A stretch of DNA of 64,000 nt from Felis catus (taxonomy: Eukaryota): assembly GCF_018350175.1 (NCBI RefSeq), contig NC_058369.1:22818001-22882000 (forward strand). Reading direction: 5' to 3'. The notes under the pieces are model-generated. The model searched no databases. It was not told the DNA's origin and worked only from the letters and a program-made list of their open reading frames with translations. Positions within the stretch are counted from its first letter, which is position 1, and the number at the start of each line of letters is the position of its first letter. Both the position numbers and the translations under genes were made by a program. Below are positions 36,523-49,450 of the stretch, one piece after another.

Positions 36523-37979
36523 ATTGAAGGAGATTCATGAAAGAAGGAAGCAGAAAAGATTGAGAGAAAGAGAGAAATAAGAGAAGGAAGAAAGGGAATA
36601 TGCTAAAATGAAACTATTCAGGGCAAACAGAAGAGGGAAGGTAGTCTAGGTCACCAGAATTCAATGCATGCAGAAGAATACGTTTAAATTGAATATTTCA
36701 TTGCCCAAGTGAGATTGAGTTCCAGGGATGAACACTGTTTACTGTGTGCATCCCTTTGAGATGCTGAGTTTCTCTATTCTTTGATTGAAACTTTAAGGGA
36801 CTGGCCAACATAGCCCACAGGATGCCTCTGTAATCCAGTGGTAATATTAGTGGAGCTCCGGAAATATTTTATAACCATAAGCCTTTATTTGTAAACTTAT
36901 TCTACACTGAAAATGTTGGCATCAAAACTTTTCACTGTGACTTCGAGCACAGAATCTCAGGAGAACTGTAATCTAAGTAAAATGTTACCTTGAATAGTGG
37001 AGCCAGTTGGGAATGAATGAAGGAGCTCAGGGGAGAGATTGTCCCCATGGAGCTTTAGGCTGAAGGGTTGAACTATGTTCCTCTCCCAGTGCTTAGCTTT
37101 GTTCTGGGTTCACTGCCACTGTAGCTGTCTGTTTGTGAGTTGCAAAGGAAGGAATGCACTTTTCATGACCACCAGAGTCCTCATTTAATCTGGGGCAGAA
37201 TATCTCGAAGGCCTGCCAGTGATTCTGCTCTTTGGAGAATAAGATAATTGAATCACTTCCTTCAGCAAAGTTGCAAATGATGTGGAAAGTCTCAGTTGCA
37301 GCAAGGGGAGAGACAGGAATAAAGGGCTTTTTGCTTTGGTTTGCTTTGAGATTTTGGTACTGAAATCCATTCACTTAGAATAAGTGAAGAAATCTCCTTT
37401 GAAAAAAGTTAGCCAGCATACTTGGGAGGTACCATCAGTTTCCTTGGGCTCTTCTTGGGGTCACCGGGGAGCCACCAAGATCAACTATTATTCTCTACGG
37501 CTAACTTTGTCTCTCTTTCAACCCTGTTTTGAGAATCAAACCAAATATAAAGTGGGCCTCTTCGTTTATAACTAATGCCTTTGCCTAGATTTTAAGGCAG
37601 TTTCACAGCTTGTAAAGGTTTCAATCAATAATTCCTTTCTCTTTATTGATAAAGATGTAGGCGGGTGGTAACATGAGCATCTCTAACTCTGGCTGTCAAG
37701 AAGCAGTAGATAGGATGGCAGTTTAGTGGCTGGATGTCCCCATCAGGGACAACATGGGGGTGGCTTGGGCCTGTCAGGGAAGGTCAGCAGAGACTAGCTC
37801 AGGGCCATGGCTCATATTGGTCACTCTGAGGATGTTCATTGGTCAGCAAATATATCTGGCTAAATTGGTCTTCTAGGAATGATACTGATAGCTAATACTC
37901 AGAGCATACTGATTCATATGTAAAGGGATTAGATAGGTACCTGACATGGAGTACTTCACTCTGTGGGGAAACAACTGTC

Positions 37980-38125
37980 CTCAATTTTTTGAGTTGGGGA
38001 AACTGAGGCACAGTTATGTAGGTTAGCAGCTTGACCAAGGTCATCACAGTAATACCTAGTAAGTGTAAGTGGCAGAACAGGATTTGACACCATGCAGCTC
38101 AACTCCAGGGTCTGTGGGATTATCC
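37980..38125 (-). mobile_element. MIR fragment
   Basis: ggggaaactgaggcacag...ttgaccaaggtcatcacag...agtggcagaacaggatttga. Confidence 0.75.
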
Positions 38126-38149
38126 ACCCTGCCAGGCTCTCTGTCTCTC

Positions 38150-38470
38150 ATGATTACTTATTTAAAACTGTACGGCCGTCTTCCCCCGACCTACTTCTCT
38201 TGTTGCAATTCCTCTCTCTAAGAATAGTTCCACCATTCATTCATTTGCACCAGCCAGCCATCTGAGGAATACCCTTGACTTGCTACCTCCTGTGTGCCCA
38301 CCTCAATCAATCACCACGTTTTGTCAAACTCTACATCTCCACTATCTCACCTGATCCTTTGGCCCTATGCACCCATAGCCCTATCCTGCTCTAAGGTGCC
38401 CTGGTCTCTTGCATGGGTGTCTGGCTTAGTCTGCTAGCTTGTCTTCTGGTCGTCTCTCCTCTGGTCTGAT
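38150..38470 (+). mobile_element. L2 internal fragment
   Basis: caccattcattcatttgcaccagcca...caatcaatcacca. Confidence 0.6.
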
Positions 38471-38917
38471 CCCTATGGTTCCTAGAGATTTCTGGACTTC
38501 AAATTGGACCCTCTTCTGAGGTTGAAAGTCCTTGGTTGGACCCTCCATCCCATGACATGGAGCCATCTTCCCCACACGTGCCCTCTTCTGCATGATCACT
38601 TGATGGATGCTACTCAAGAAGAGTTTGAGGGCACTTTCACAGGGAGGGACCTTGGATCAGCATTGATAGACTTACTCCTTTTCAGTTAATGCCTCTGACA
38701 ACCTTAGGAAGAAAGTCTCAATTTAGTATTAATACATCTTCAAGATCTTTTAAATTCTTGATTATTTTCATTTTTTAACCGAGAGAGAAAGCAGCTGTAG
38801 TTAGTTAGAATTTAATACCACTGCTTTTTTTTAATTGTAATTTTATGGTTACTTTCTACTTTATGGCTCACAATACAACTTTTTCCAGTTATAGTAGTGA
38901 TACAAACTTATCTTTTA

Positions 38918-39371
38918 TTTTTTTTAAGTTTGTTTATTTATTTTGAGAGAGAGAGAGAGCATGAGTATGTACCTGGTAGTGGGGCAGAGAGAGAGGGAAA
39001 GAGAGAATCCCAAGCAGGCTCCATGCTGTCTGCGCACAGAGCCTGATGTGGGGCCCAAACTCAGGAACTGTGAGATCATGACCTGAGCTGAAATCAAGAG
39101 TCAGAGGGGCGCCTGGGTGGCACAGTCGGTTAAGCGTCCGACTTCAGCCAGGTCACGATCTCGCGGTCCGTGAGTTCGAGCCCCGCGTCAGGCTCTGGGC
39201 TGATGGCTCAGAGCCTGGAGCCTGTTTCCGATTCTGTGCCTCCCTCTCTCTCTGCCCCTCCCCTGTTCATGCTCTGTCTCTCTCTGTCCCAAAAATAAAT
39301 AAACATTTAAAAAAAAATTAAAAAAACAAAAAGAGTCAGATGCCCAACCGACAGAGCCACCCAGGTGCCCC
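38918..39371 (-). mobile_element. Older CAN-SINE (host), split by a younger SINE
   Basis: Two halves, 38918-39105 and 39341-39371. TSD caaactta(t/c)ctttta at 38903-38917 and 39372-39386. Confidence 0.93.
39106..39330 (+). mobile_element. Young CpG-rich felid CAN-SINE nested in an older SINE
   Basis: ggggcgcctgggtggcacagtcgg...cacgatctcgcggtccgtgagttcgagccccgcg. TSD aagagtcaga at 39096-39105 and 39331-39340. Confidence 0.96.
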
Positions 39372-42300
39372 CAAACTTACCTTTTAAAGAGTATATTTAA
39401 ATTTTAAAATAACAGCATGATATAAAAACTATTAATTAAGGAACAGAAAAGGTGATACAGTACAGCAAAAATTGATCATGGCTTAAGAAAGCCTGGAGTT
39501 CAGGGAACCTTAGTTATAGCACTTTCTGGAAACTGCTCCCCGCCTGTATTCCTTGGACTCAGCTCTCCCATATTTCCATCATTTGGTTTGTTTCTTGAAA
39601 GTGGGGTCCTGTGCATCAGCTGTCACCTTTCTGCCCTTGCCTACTCAGAGACGTGAGAGCTCAGTAGGCTAGACGGCCCCACATTAATCCTTGTGCCCTG
39701 CAGCCACAGGACTGTCATTGACACACATTATTTTACTAAAATTTTTCATTAAAGGAAGATGTTGTATGAGCCATGTTTTTAAACATGGTCAAATATTTGA
39801 AAGCACAGGATTGAATAATGTATTTTCAGATCTTGGAGGAATAAATGCTCTAGGATGCTCAGTGGGCAGCTATTATTCAAGCTTTTTATAGGTACTTACT
39901 CAGTCCGACATCGTATCATCTTCAGAAGCTGGGAAATCCAGCTCTGCCTCAGCAGGCTGTCTTCTCTCTTTTAGGGTTAATTCTGTAACAATCCAGGAGA
40001 ATTTCTTCTCCCCTTAATTGTTCATCAGAATGTAAGACTCGCAGGAAGCTGCTCATCCCTAAATCTCACGTGTCTGCACAGGCTCACAGAAGTCAAGTCT
40101 ATGATAGGACTTAACACTTCCTCCTCACCTCTCAGCTGATACTACATGCACTCCTGAAGCAATTGCACTCAGTTTGCTGACCCTGAGAATGCATTTCTTT
40201 GATTTCTCATCATGCCTTCTCTTGGGGTTTTGAAGATAAAGTGCTTTTGCTGAGATTGTCACTTGGTACAGAACCATGGGGATTTGCAGCCACTGAGCCC
40301 GCATCCCATAATCAAAAAAGTTTTTCTGCATCTCAGATCACTTCATTATGCTCTCTTATCCTCGTTTACTGCCTTTTCCCGTCGCCAGTGTTGTTTCAGT
40401 TCCTGGGTAGTAGAAAATACAGGTTTCAGTTGGTGAAATGGAGGTCTTATAATAAGAAAAATCATAAAAGCAGGGATGCAAACAAATAAGTCATAGAATA
40501 AAATGTGTGTGAAAATTGTAAGCTTAAACATGGAACTTTCAGGAATTGCATGCTTGTGGCTAGTCACCTTGGGCTGCCTCCTGATTTCCAAGGACACTTT
40601 AATTCTTTCTCCTGTTGGGGCACTTTTGATGGAAAATGTGGACTTTTGCTTCCACATACCCGTGTGATGGCTGGTGTTAAAAGCCTCAAAATCCTGGGAA
40701 CAAACTCCAGAATCTGAAGTGTATGGAAGCAGGGAGGTAAACTCTCAGGTCACCCGATGGAAATGCCTGGTTGACAGATGCAGAGACAGAGGCTCCAAAA
40801 GTTGAAGACTCACCCAGGTGCAGAAACAACCCTGAGCAGAACATCTAAGCCCTCTGACTCAGGCCTGAGATTGTTCCTGTCTGTGATGACCACAGGAATC
40901 CCTGGGCCCTGGGACGCTTTCGGATCATGGGTGTGGCTTTGCCTCTGTCGGGGAGAACCAGTGAGGTCTGGAGATGCTTGCTTCTTGATGGCTTCCTGGA
41001 ATTTGAGATCCCTGGAGATGGCTAGCACTTCTGCTGTTGCTTCTGAGAAGGGGAATGTAGAGGTCAAACATGAAAGAATGGCCTCTGGCTAGGCCACCCT
41101 TGGGTAATGAAACAGGAAAGACATTTGATGAGAAGTCACACATGTATTTTGTCTTCCAAGGCTTTGGGACAATCCCTGGCTTCTTCCAAAACTTCTCTTC
41201 CCTTTGGTGTCTCACTTGCACAGCCAAAGTAGAGTTGTGTTTTCAGTGTGTTCCTGGGTTGCCTGCAGGATTTCTCGGAAACCTCAAGCAGTTGGATACG
41301 TTGTGTGATCTCCATTACCACCTTCTGGAGAACCGGTGGCTAACACTCCACAATGGCCCTGGAATCTAGGGTAGCTTCTCAGTGACCTGGCTTCTGTGGC
41401 GTCTCTGGGGCAGATCAAAGACTTCAGAACAGCTCAAGCATGTGAAATGATTGTTAACTGTTCTCAGTTCTTCCACAGCTATTTGTTCTCGAAAGCCCAG
41501 CTTTTACATCTTTTTCCAAAAATCGTACGTGGCATTCATCCTCCAGAGCAGTTGAAAGCTAATAGACATTCTCATTTTATCCCACCCCCGACTACAGGCA
41601 ACTCTGTTGCTAGATGAGTGTATCTGAATTCCATTTGCTTAGACCTTATGAAGTGAATAAATTTGAATTAATGTGTCGCTTTCTGAGGAGAAGGAAGTGA
41701 TGCTTGGAGGGGTTAAGCAATGTCTGTGTTAGTTTATATAAATGGATCTTTATGAGTGCAAACGTCCTCATACCACGTTACCATATCAGGTCTATTGGTT
41801 TATACAAAATTTTCATTAAGTGATGCTAAAATATACACATGGGGATTTCGAAAATGAGTTTTTCCTTTTGAACAGCCGTATATTTACGTCTTTTTGGGTT
41901 GCGTTGGCGGATTAAATATATTCTCCTTTTTAGAGCGAACACTTGGGAGAAATATGCATCAATAAGTATGTAAGTTAAACTCCAATTCCCAACAAACTGC
42001 ATTTGCTGTATTTGGTAACTCTCCAATGCTGTTTCTTTCCATAATAATTAGAGCAGAATTGAGATGCCATAAAAGAAACTCCAGACTTCGTTGTCATTTG
42101 TTGGAGGGGGTGGGGGAATAAGAAGCATTTGGCTTCTTTGTAAGTAGAAATTTTTATTATTGTATTTGTATTTCTAAATGACTATGAATAGGACAGTGGT
42201 GGGTAAACTCATGAATGTTAATCTGGCTATAGCTTCTGCTTTGATAACATTTAGTTATTCCATCCTTTATTACACTCTTATAGATGTTGATAGTTCAACA

Positions 42301-42559
42301 ATTGGAGCTTTTAAACTAATAGAAGGCTTTCAACCAAATAGAATGCCTTCATTACTAGTGAGCGGGGAGATCTGAATGTGAATTGAGGTGGTTTAAACCA
42401 ATCTCATATTTTTATAAAAGACTGATACCCATAGAAATTATGGGTTTATTTTCAGTTTTCTTTGATTTGAATAAACGAGGGCAGGAATTTATGTTATTTC
42501 TCATCATTTCACATGCCTAGCCCGAGGCCCAACTGCATTTGTCAGTATAACAAACCTGA

Positions 42560-42890
42560 AATACTGGGGTTAGTTTATTTTTTTGCTTATGTAAATGCCA
42601 CTGTGTGTCCATGAGCTTCCAGGGCATTTCTCTTCCTGAGGGAGACTCAGGGACCCAGGCACCTTCCATTATGTTATCTGGAATATGAAGCTACTGGAAT
42701 TGCTATAGGGGGAAAAGACAGTGTGTGATACTGAGCTCTCTCTCAAGTACTTTAGATATTGAGTGACACTTGGTCACATCTATTCACCACCCATTGGCCA
42801 AACTACTTACATGGCCTACACAGACTATAAAGGATGCTAGAGAATGTAGGAGATTACATGGGGGTACTCAGCACTACTGTTTCAAACAGG
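42560..42890 (-). mobile_element. Old MLT1 (I/J-like) LTR relic
   Basis: gactcagggacccaggcaccttccat...cccattggccaaactacttacatggcc. Confidence 0.6.
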
Positions 42891-45052
42891 TGCCTAGCAA
42901 AGGTTAACTGAGAGAGCAAATGAATGAATCATGAGTCCCGTTAAACTGCCTGGCAGTTGGAGAATGCTGTTGCTATTTTAAATTGATAGAGAAGGGGAAA
43001 AACACTGGGCAAATGTTAACCTTAAGGGGAGTTTTGTGTATATTTGCATCATCACAACCGCTGTAAGATTTGGTTGCCAATTTGAAGTCTAGATAGCTCG
43101 ACTATGCCCCACCATGATTTTTTTTTCAAGGTACCCACAGAGGCAGCCTGAAAAAACTCCCATTTTTTGATCCTAGAGGCCTCTAAAGCAAATAGCATCT
43201 TGTAGTGTATTAGGTAGAAGTGTTTTAGAGCCTTGGTAGCGTGCCTGGTAGGAATGGACCTTGTTAAGGTTACAGAGAAGGTTAACCTCCATTGACAAGA
43301 TGAAATTGAAGTCACTTTCTCCTGCCACAGAGCCGTTCCCGATCTGTATTGTCAGCACGGAAGAGTTTATCCATTTTCTCTAAAACATTATCTCAAATGA
43401 AGTGTCAGAGCACTAAATTGATTTACCGCCTTCCCTTATTTGTTATTTTGATGTTCAGTTTTTTTATTCCATTTATTTATTGTCATATGAAGTTAAAACA
43501 ATAACAGAAATAAACAGGGAAGGCTGGGTGAGGAAAAGATCACAACCTCACAATCATCCATCTTATTCCTGAGTAATTGTTGCAGAATCCTTAAGGAATG
43601 TCCTTTTATTTAATTTCTTGTTTTCCCTTTTTTGACTCAAGACCTCTCATTTCCTCAACTACTATAATTCAAATAGGTCAGTTCACTCAAACATATTCAG
43701 AGCACTCATTAAATACAAGAAAACGTGTGATATAGGTATGTTGTGAGAACTGCATCCTCTTCCATGATACCTTGTTAAGCTGGAATTCTGGGAAGTAGCC
43801 CAGAGCAACCAAAAATGGCGTAGGTGTTGGACTTGGTCACATCAGGTTTCCTAAGTAGCTTTTGCCGCCTCTTCGCTGTGGGTAGCTGTGGGACCTTCAA
43901 GCAATTACTTAATTGTGCTGAGTTGCAGTTTCCTCATGGGGTAAGATGGTACAGGAGAGTGTGAGAAAGACCTTAAGAGACCCAAAGCAAGTATCGTACC
44001 TGGGCACATCACCCTCCAGGTAGCTTCACTTAACACTGGTATTTTATGAAATGACACAGAACTTACTGTGTGTTGAAAATATAACATTGTTTTCTAGATT
44101 TTGCAAAATTCTATATACCCTCGATGTGCCTAGAAAAGCTCATGGTTTCTCTTCATTCCATTCTTTACCCTGGTCCTCCAAATATCCCCACCCCAAGCAT
44201 ACACTAAGTCAGCCTTTGGGAACCCAGCACTACATGTTAGGCACACCAGTGCTAACTACACTTGTTGAGTTATAACTTATTTTTTTCTTTCTCTGAGAAG
44301 CAGTTTGTAAATGGCTAGGTAGTAATGGGAAAGCCATTGTTATAATTCGTTACCTTGGAAACTGGCAGTGGATGTCACCTCCTTTTGCAGTGTGTATGCT
44401 GTGGCCTTGGATATCTCATCCCCTAATTAACATCCTGTGAGAAATGCAGAAGTAAATCATCGGAGCAACTGGACCACTGTGATATTAAGTGCTGGAACAT
44501 TCTAAATTGCAGTACTAATCTTCATAATGAGGCCACATATTCTGTGTTTCTCTTTTCATTACTTCTTAACTCTTCTGAGTAAGAAGAGCAAAGTTATCAT
44601 GATATGTAGAGATTAGGGAGTGATCATTCCGTACTTAAATTGAACTATATGATGAAACTTTTTTTAGTTTATTGGGAATTGTGAGAGTTCCTTTGAAGAA
44701 GAACAACTTAGGTAGAGAATTTTAAATATAGTTTAATACTACAAATAGGCAGCCCCCCAAATATGGATTTGTCTTAGAGGCAGGACATATTGTCGTGCAT
44801 AAAGCACATGATCTAAGACCCAAGTACCCTGGTTGAGTCTTGTTATTCCATATTTTACTACTCAGTTATGTATTCAAATTCGTAGGTGATTTTTTTTTTT
44901 TTTTTACTTTAACCAAGAAGTCTGCTTATTGGACACTGAAGGAGCTCATTATAGGATGATTAGTCTTGTAAGCTGTTTTGCTCATTTGGACCTAGAGGTC
45001 ACATGTTCTTATTGAACCATCAGTTCTTGAGTGTGAGCTATAAAATGATCAA

Positions 45053-45264
45053 TTTTTTTAATATTTATTTTTGAGAGAGAGAGAGACAGAAACACAAGCA
45101 GGGGAGGGTCAGAGAGAAAGGGAAACACAGAATCTGAAGCAGGCTCCAGGCTCTGAGCTGTCAGCACAGAGCCCAATGCAGGGCTCGAACCCACGAACCG
45201 TGAGATCATGACTGACCGGAGCCAAAGTCGGGTGTTTAACTGACTGAGCCACCCACATGTCCCC
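45053..45264 (-). mobile_element. CAN-SINE
   Basis: tttatttttgagagag...gcaggctccaggctctgagctgtcagcacagagccc...gagccaccc. Confidence 0.95.
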
Positions 45265-46774
45265 AGTCAACGATATCTTACGGATGATTTCATGTACAGT
45301 ATGTTAGCTCAGTAAGTCCTTGTAAAGCCTCTATAGCGTAGTATAGTATACAAGTTTTGAGGTCTCTGCCAGACCAACAATGACCACTCCCCCTAATAGC
45401 CCCTTCATTCATGCGGGTGAGCCCCAAGAACCATGTCTGTATAGCTTGACCTCATCACCCTTTCACCCATCCCAGGACCACCGTACACATGGTGACCCAA
45501 TTACATTCCCTCACCTTGGATTTGGGAATTCAATCAAAAATTTCAGTTTATCCTGAGCTCATGTCTGAGTAGAAAGATGGAAACATGAAGAATCTATGGG
45601 TCTTACTCTGCTCTGTGAGCCAGTGGCCAAGAAAGCCAGTCTGTAGAAAGAAGACTGGAAAGGAACAGAGAGGAGAAATGAAAGACCTTGGCCCAGGAGT
45701 CTGGAGGCTTTCTTGATTCTGGTTCTAGACTTTTCCTGAGGCCTGGCTGCTTTCAGTCCCTTGAATTCCATCAAGCACTTTTATATCATAGGATAAATTT
45801 TGTTACTTCTTAAAAAAAAAATAAACTAACACGAGTAGATGTTTTTTGTTCCTCACTGAGACTCAGGGAAGTCAATCTTATGGAGAGTTAATATCAGTGT
45901 TTCTGAACTCTTGGTCAGGGCTCCAGCAATCCAAGTCAAATTAGAATCAAAAACCAAAAGGGGATCTTTGATTCACTTATTTGGAAATCCCAAGATGTGA
46001 CGCTGCCTCTAGGCATGACTAGAGTCAAGGATTTGACCAGAATCATTTGATCAAACTTCACTCTTCCTTTGCTCTATTTCTCTGTGGCTTTATTCCCAGA
46101 AGACTGATCTCTATATGGGGCTGTGGATGGCCACTGGCAGCCTGAAGCAGCAACACTGTGACCTGTGGCCCTTGCTAAAGGGTGTGGGGATGTCAGTCTC
46201 CCAGTGACCATTGCACTGCCTGAGAAAGGACTCTGATGGGTCAGCCTGGGTCATATGCTGGAGTGTGACAACCCCCTTGATTGACATCTCCCTCTATGTC
46301 CGAGATCTGGGGTTCCATTACTGAAATAAGGGAGAAGAGATGCTGAACAGACCAAAGCATTCTTGTTCATCACATTTGCTGTTTTTTTTCCTACCTGAAA
46401 GATGATGTTCATCTGTGTGACAGACTCCCATATGCAGTTTTTCTCCTCCAGCTGTTGGTCACCTCCCCTCCCTCCCACTCAAGAAAATCAATCTAGATAC
46501 AGATAATTGCAGCTTATTATTCAGATAACCTTAAATCTACTCTAACTAATTAGAAAAGTCAGTACTTTGCAAATGTGAGTTCTCCCATCATTAGTAGTAA
46601 CAAATGTGACACATCTCACAATTGCTGGGGGCACACATCCTGGGGTGGAAACCCCTGCTTTCAGATGGATGTTATCTGGACCCATCTGAGATTGATGGTG
46701 AAGATAACACCATCAGTACCTTTTTTGTATCAGTTGATACCTTTGTATCAATACCTTATTTGACACAAGCCTAT

Positions 46775-47580
46775 GTATTCAAAACACTTTTGAGTGCCTG
46801 CCAACAGCCAGACATTTTTGCAGGCATGGGGCTTCCAGCTATGAACAAGATAGAAAAAGTCACTATATTCATCTGGTGCTCAAGTTTTTAATGGGGGAAG
46901 ATGTACATAAACTTAGGAACAAATAAAAAGAACCTCAGATATTGAGTGCAATAAAGAAAATAAAACGGGGGTATTGGGCCTGTTGTTGTCCAATATGGTA
47001 GCTACTACCCATGTATGGCAATTTAAAATTTAGTGAAGTGAAATGAAATTTTAAAAATCAGTTCTGTGGTCACACCAGTGACATTTCATGTGCTCAGTAA
47101 CCACAAGTAGCTGGTGGCTATTATATAGACAGTGCAGATATAGAATATGTCCATCATTGCACAGGGTTCTGTTTCACTGGGCTTGATGGTGACTGGAAAG
47201 CTATAGCTGGGGGGTTGCTTAGGAAGGCTTGCTTCAAAGCTGGCATTTATGCTTGGAACTAAAGCCACCCAAGCAAAGGTCTTAGGGAATAACATTCCAG
47301 CCATAGAGGACAGTAAATGCAAAGGCCCTGAGATGGAAGTGGTCTTGATCTTGGCTATTTCAAGATCCAGTGATGGCCAGTGTGTCTGATTGAGTTAGGG
47401 AGGCAGGGAAGAGTTAGATCAAGTAGCATCTTGGGTTTTATCCTGCACCAATGGAAGCCATTGCTTAAGCATTGACAGATTTGTTTAATTTCTGAAGGAT
47501 CATTCTGGCTGCTGATGGGAGAGGGGAATGGCAAGGTTGGAGGCAACACATAGAAGGCCTCCAGAAATCATTTGATGAAT
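46775..47580 (-). mobile_element. L2, interrupted by MER3
   Basis: ttgagtgcctgcca..gccagaca; gcaaaggccctgagatgg; aaggatcattctggctgctg. Confidence 0.8.
46979..47182 (-). mobile_element. MER3 hAT-Charlie MITE
   Basis: tgtccaatatggtagctacta...ggtggctattatatagacagtgcagatatagaatat..ccatcattgca. Confidence 0.85.
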
Positions 47581-47864
47581 GAAAAGAATGATGGAAGGGC
47601 CCAGCCACACTGAGGTGTCCATTAGTCTGACATCTTGCAAGGGCTTAGGCCCTGATGGAGCTCATGGAGGTGTTTCCAGCATGGTGTCAGACCGAGTGGT
47701 CAGCCAGATAAGCCCTAGAGGGTCCTGGGTCCTTAGAGCATTGAGTTCCTCCAACAGTACCCCCTGTCTCTCAAGGCCAGTGCTTGGCTCACTGGTGGCT
47801 GCTCTCAGCTCTTCAAAGCTCCTGTCCTGTCTTGGGGACCAGTGTAGGGCATTGCTTCCATGGG

Positions 47865-48240
47865 CCATTCATCCCTTCTTGTTCCTTCATTTATCTTTAC
47901 TGAGTACCTGTTGTGGGCCAGGCCTTGTATTTGGTGCTGGGATTAAAATGGCACAGGATAAAAACACAATGGTCCCTGCAGACACAATTCTCACACTGTA
48001 GATGGAGGCTGTCTCAACCAGATAATTATGTGGGTAATTGTGTGATGACCCTGGGATAAGTGCTATACCTAAGTGGTTCAAGAACACCCATCAGGGGGTC
48101 CCCAGTCAGAGAGGTCGGAAAAGGCTGCACTGAGGATGAGATAATTGGGCTGGATTTCAGGAGGAATGAGGATTCTCTAAGTGGCAGCTGGATGGAGGGA
48201 ACAGCATGGGCAGAGGCCACATGGACCATGGAGCAGCGGA
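47865..48240 (-). mobile_element. L2 3' fragment
   Basis: tttactgagtacctgttgtgggccaggccttgtatttggtgctgggat. Confidence 0.75.
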
Positions 48241-48460
48241 TTGACTAACAAACCCGTGAGGCTGGGTGGAGGGATCAGAGGTGAGGGGGTGCTAAGTTGG
48301 GGGGCTGGGCAGAGTGGGTAAGGGAGGACCAGCTGGGAAGCCCACCACTGGGGGGTGAGAGATGATGGTGTTCTCTCCTTGCCTTTTCAAATGCTTCCCT
48401 CTGCCCTCTGTCTGCCAGTCAGCTCCACCTGGTAGTGGCTTCTACCATCTGTCAAAATCC

Positions 48461-48543
48461 TGTTAGCTGGAACTATGAAATTACCAATAAACAGCGGTGT
48501 TTGACCTACAAAAGAAGGCAGCTTTATACAGCACAGTCCTTTA
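48461..48543. mobile_element. MADE2 mariner MITE
   Basis: tatgaaattaccaata...tttgacctacaaaagaaggcagctttata. Confidence 0.7.
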
Positions 48544-49249
48544 CTGTGAGTCAAGCTCTGAACTGAGTGCTGTTTCTTTTTTGCCCCTCTATTTATTTAT
48601 TTCTCACAACGACTCCACTGTAATGTGGGTGGTTGTGATCCCGTTTTACGGATGAAGTAACTGAGAGATTGTGACTAAGCAGCAGAGCTGGGACTCGAAC
48701 CCAGCATGCTGGAGTGAAATGCTCCACTCCAAGTCTCTTGAAACTAAATGCCAAGTGGCCAACGAGCTTGCAGGAAGAAGCCGCAGTCCAAGGCCTGCAT
48801 AAGTAGCTTGTGAAGCAGGCTGTTAATGCTCGTTCGTATTGGAGTATTCTCAAGAGGCCAGAGATTCCAGATGGCTGGGAGACGCATATTCATTATCTGT
48901 TTTTTTTCAAACAACTGTGACACTTGGGGAATTATAAATGAGTTAACGTAACATTAATACCTAGAAATATTCTGGAACAGATCATTAAAAAATCAATTTT
49001 CACACATGAGGAGAAGATGAGATTATTGAGTAGTAACCAGACAGCACTAGACCTTTGGAGAGGGGCACGCATGAGTAGCGATAGATGTCACTTCCCCACA
49101 GGATACACATGCACTGGGAGTTTGGTATTTGCTTGGCTCATTTGGAACTAATATTCCTAGTAATTTTTATTTTTTAATCTAAGTTGTAAAAATCTGGCCA
49201 TCATCCCAGATCAGAGAAGGGGGAAAAAAATGAGGAAAAGATGAGAGAA

Positions 49250-49450
49250 CCAAAACATATTAAGAGCCTGCTCTGGGCACTGTGCCCATTGCTTTTGTAC
49301 ATTTTATCCCATTCAATCTGCAGAAAGTCCTAAAGAGGTAGGTATCACCATTGCCTTTTCACAGACAAGGAAACTGAGTGGTAGAGACGTTAGAGTGCCC
49401 CTAGGAAGCAAACATGGTTTCAACCCGGGCATCAGGCTCCAAAGCCCCTC
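49250..49450 (-). mobile_element. MIR
   Basis: gaggtaggtatcacc...tttcacagacaaggaaactgag. Confidence 0.75.
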
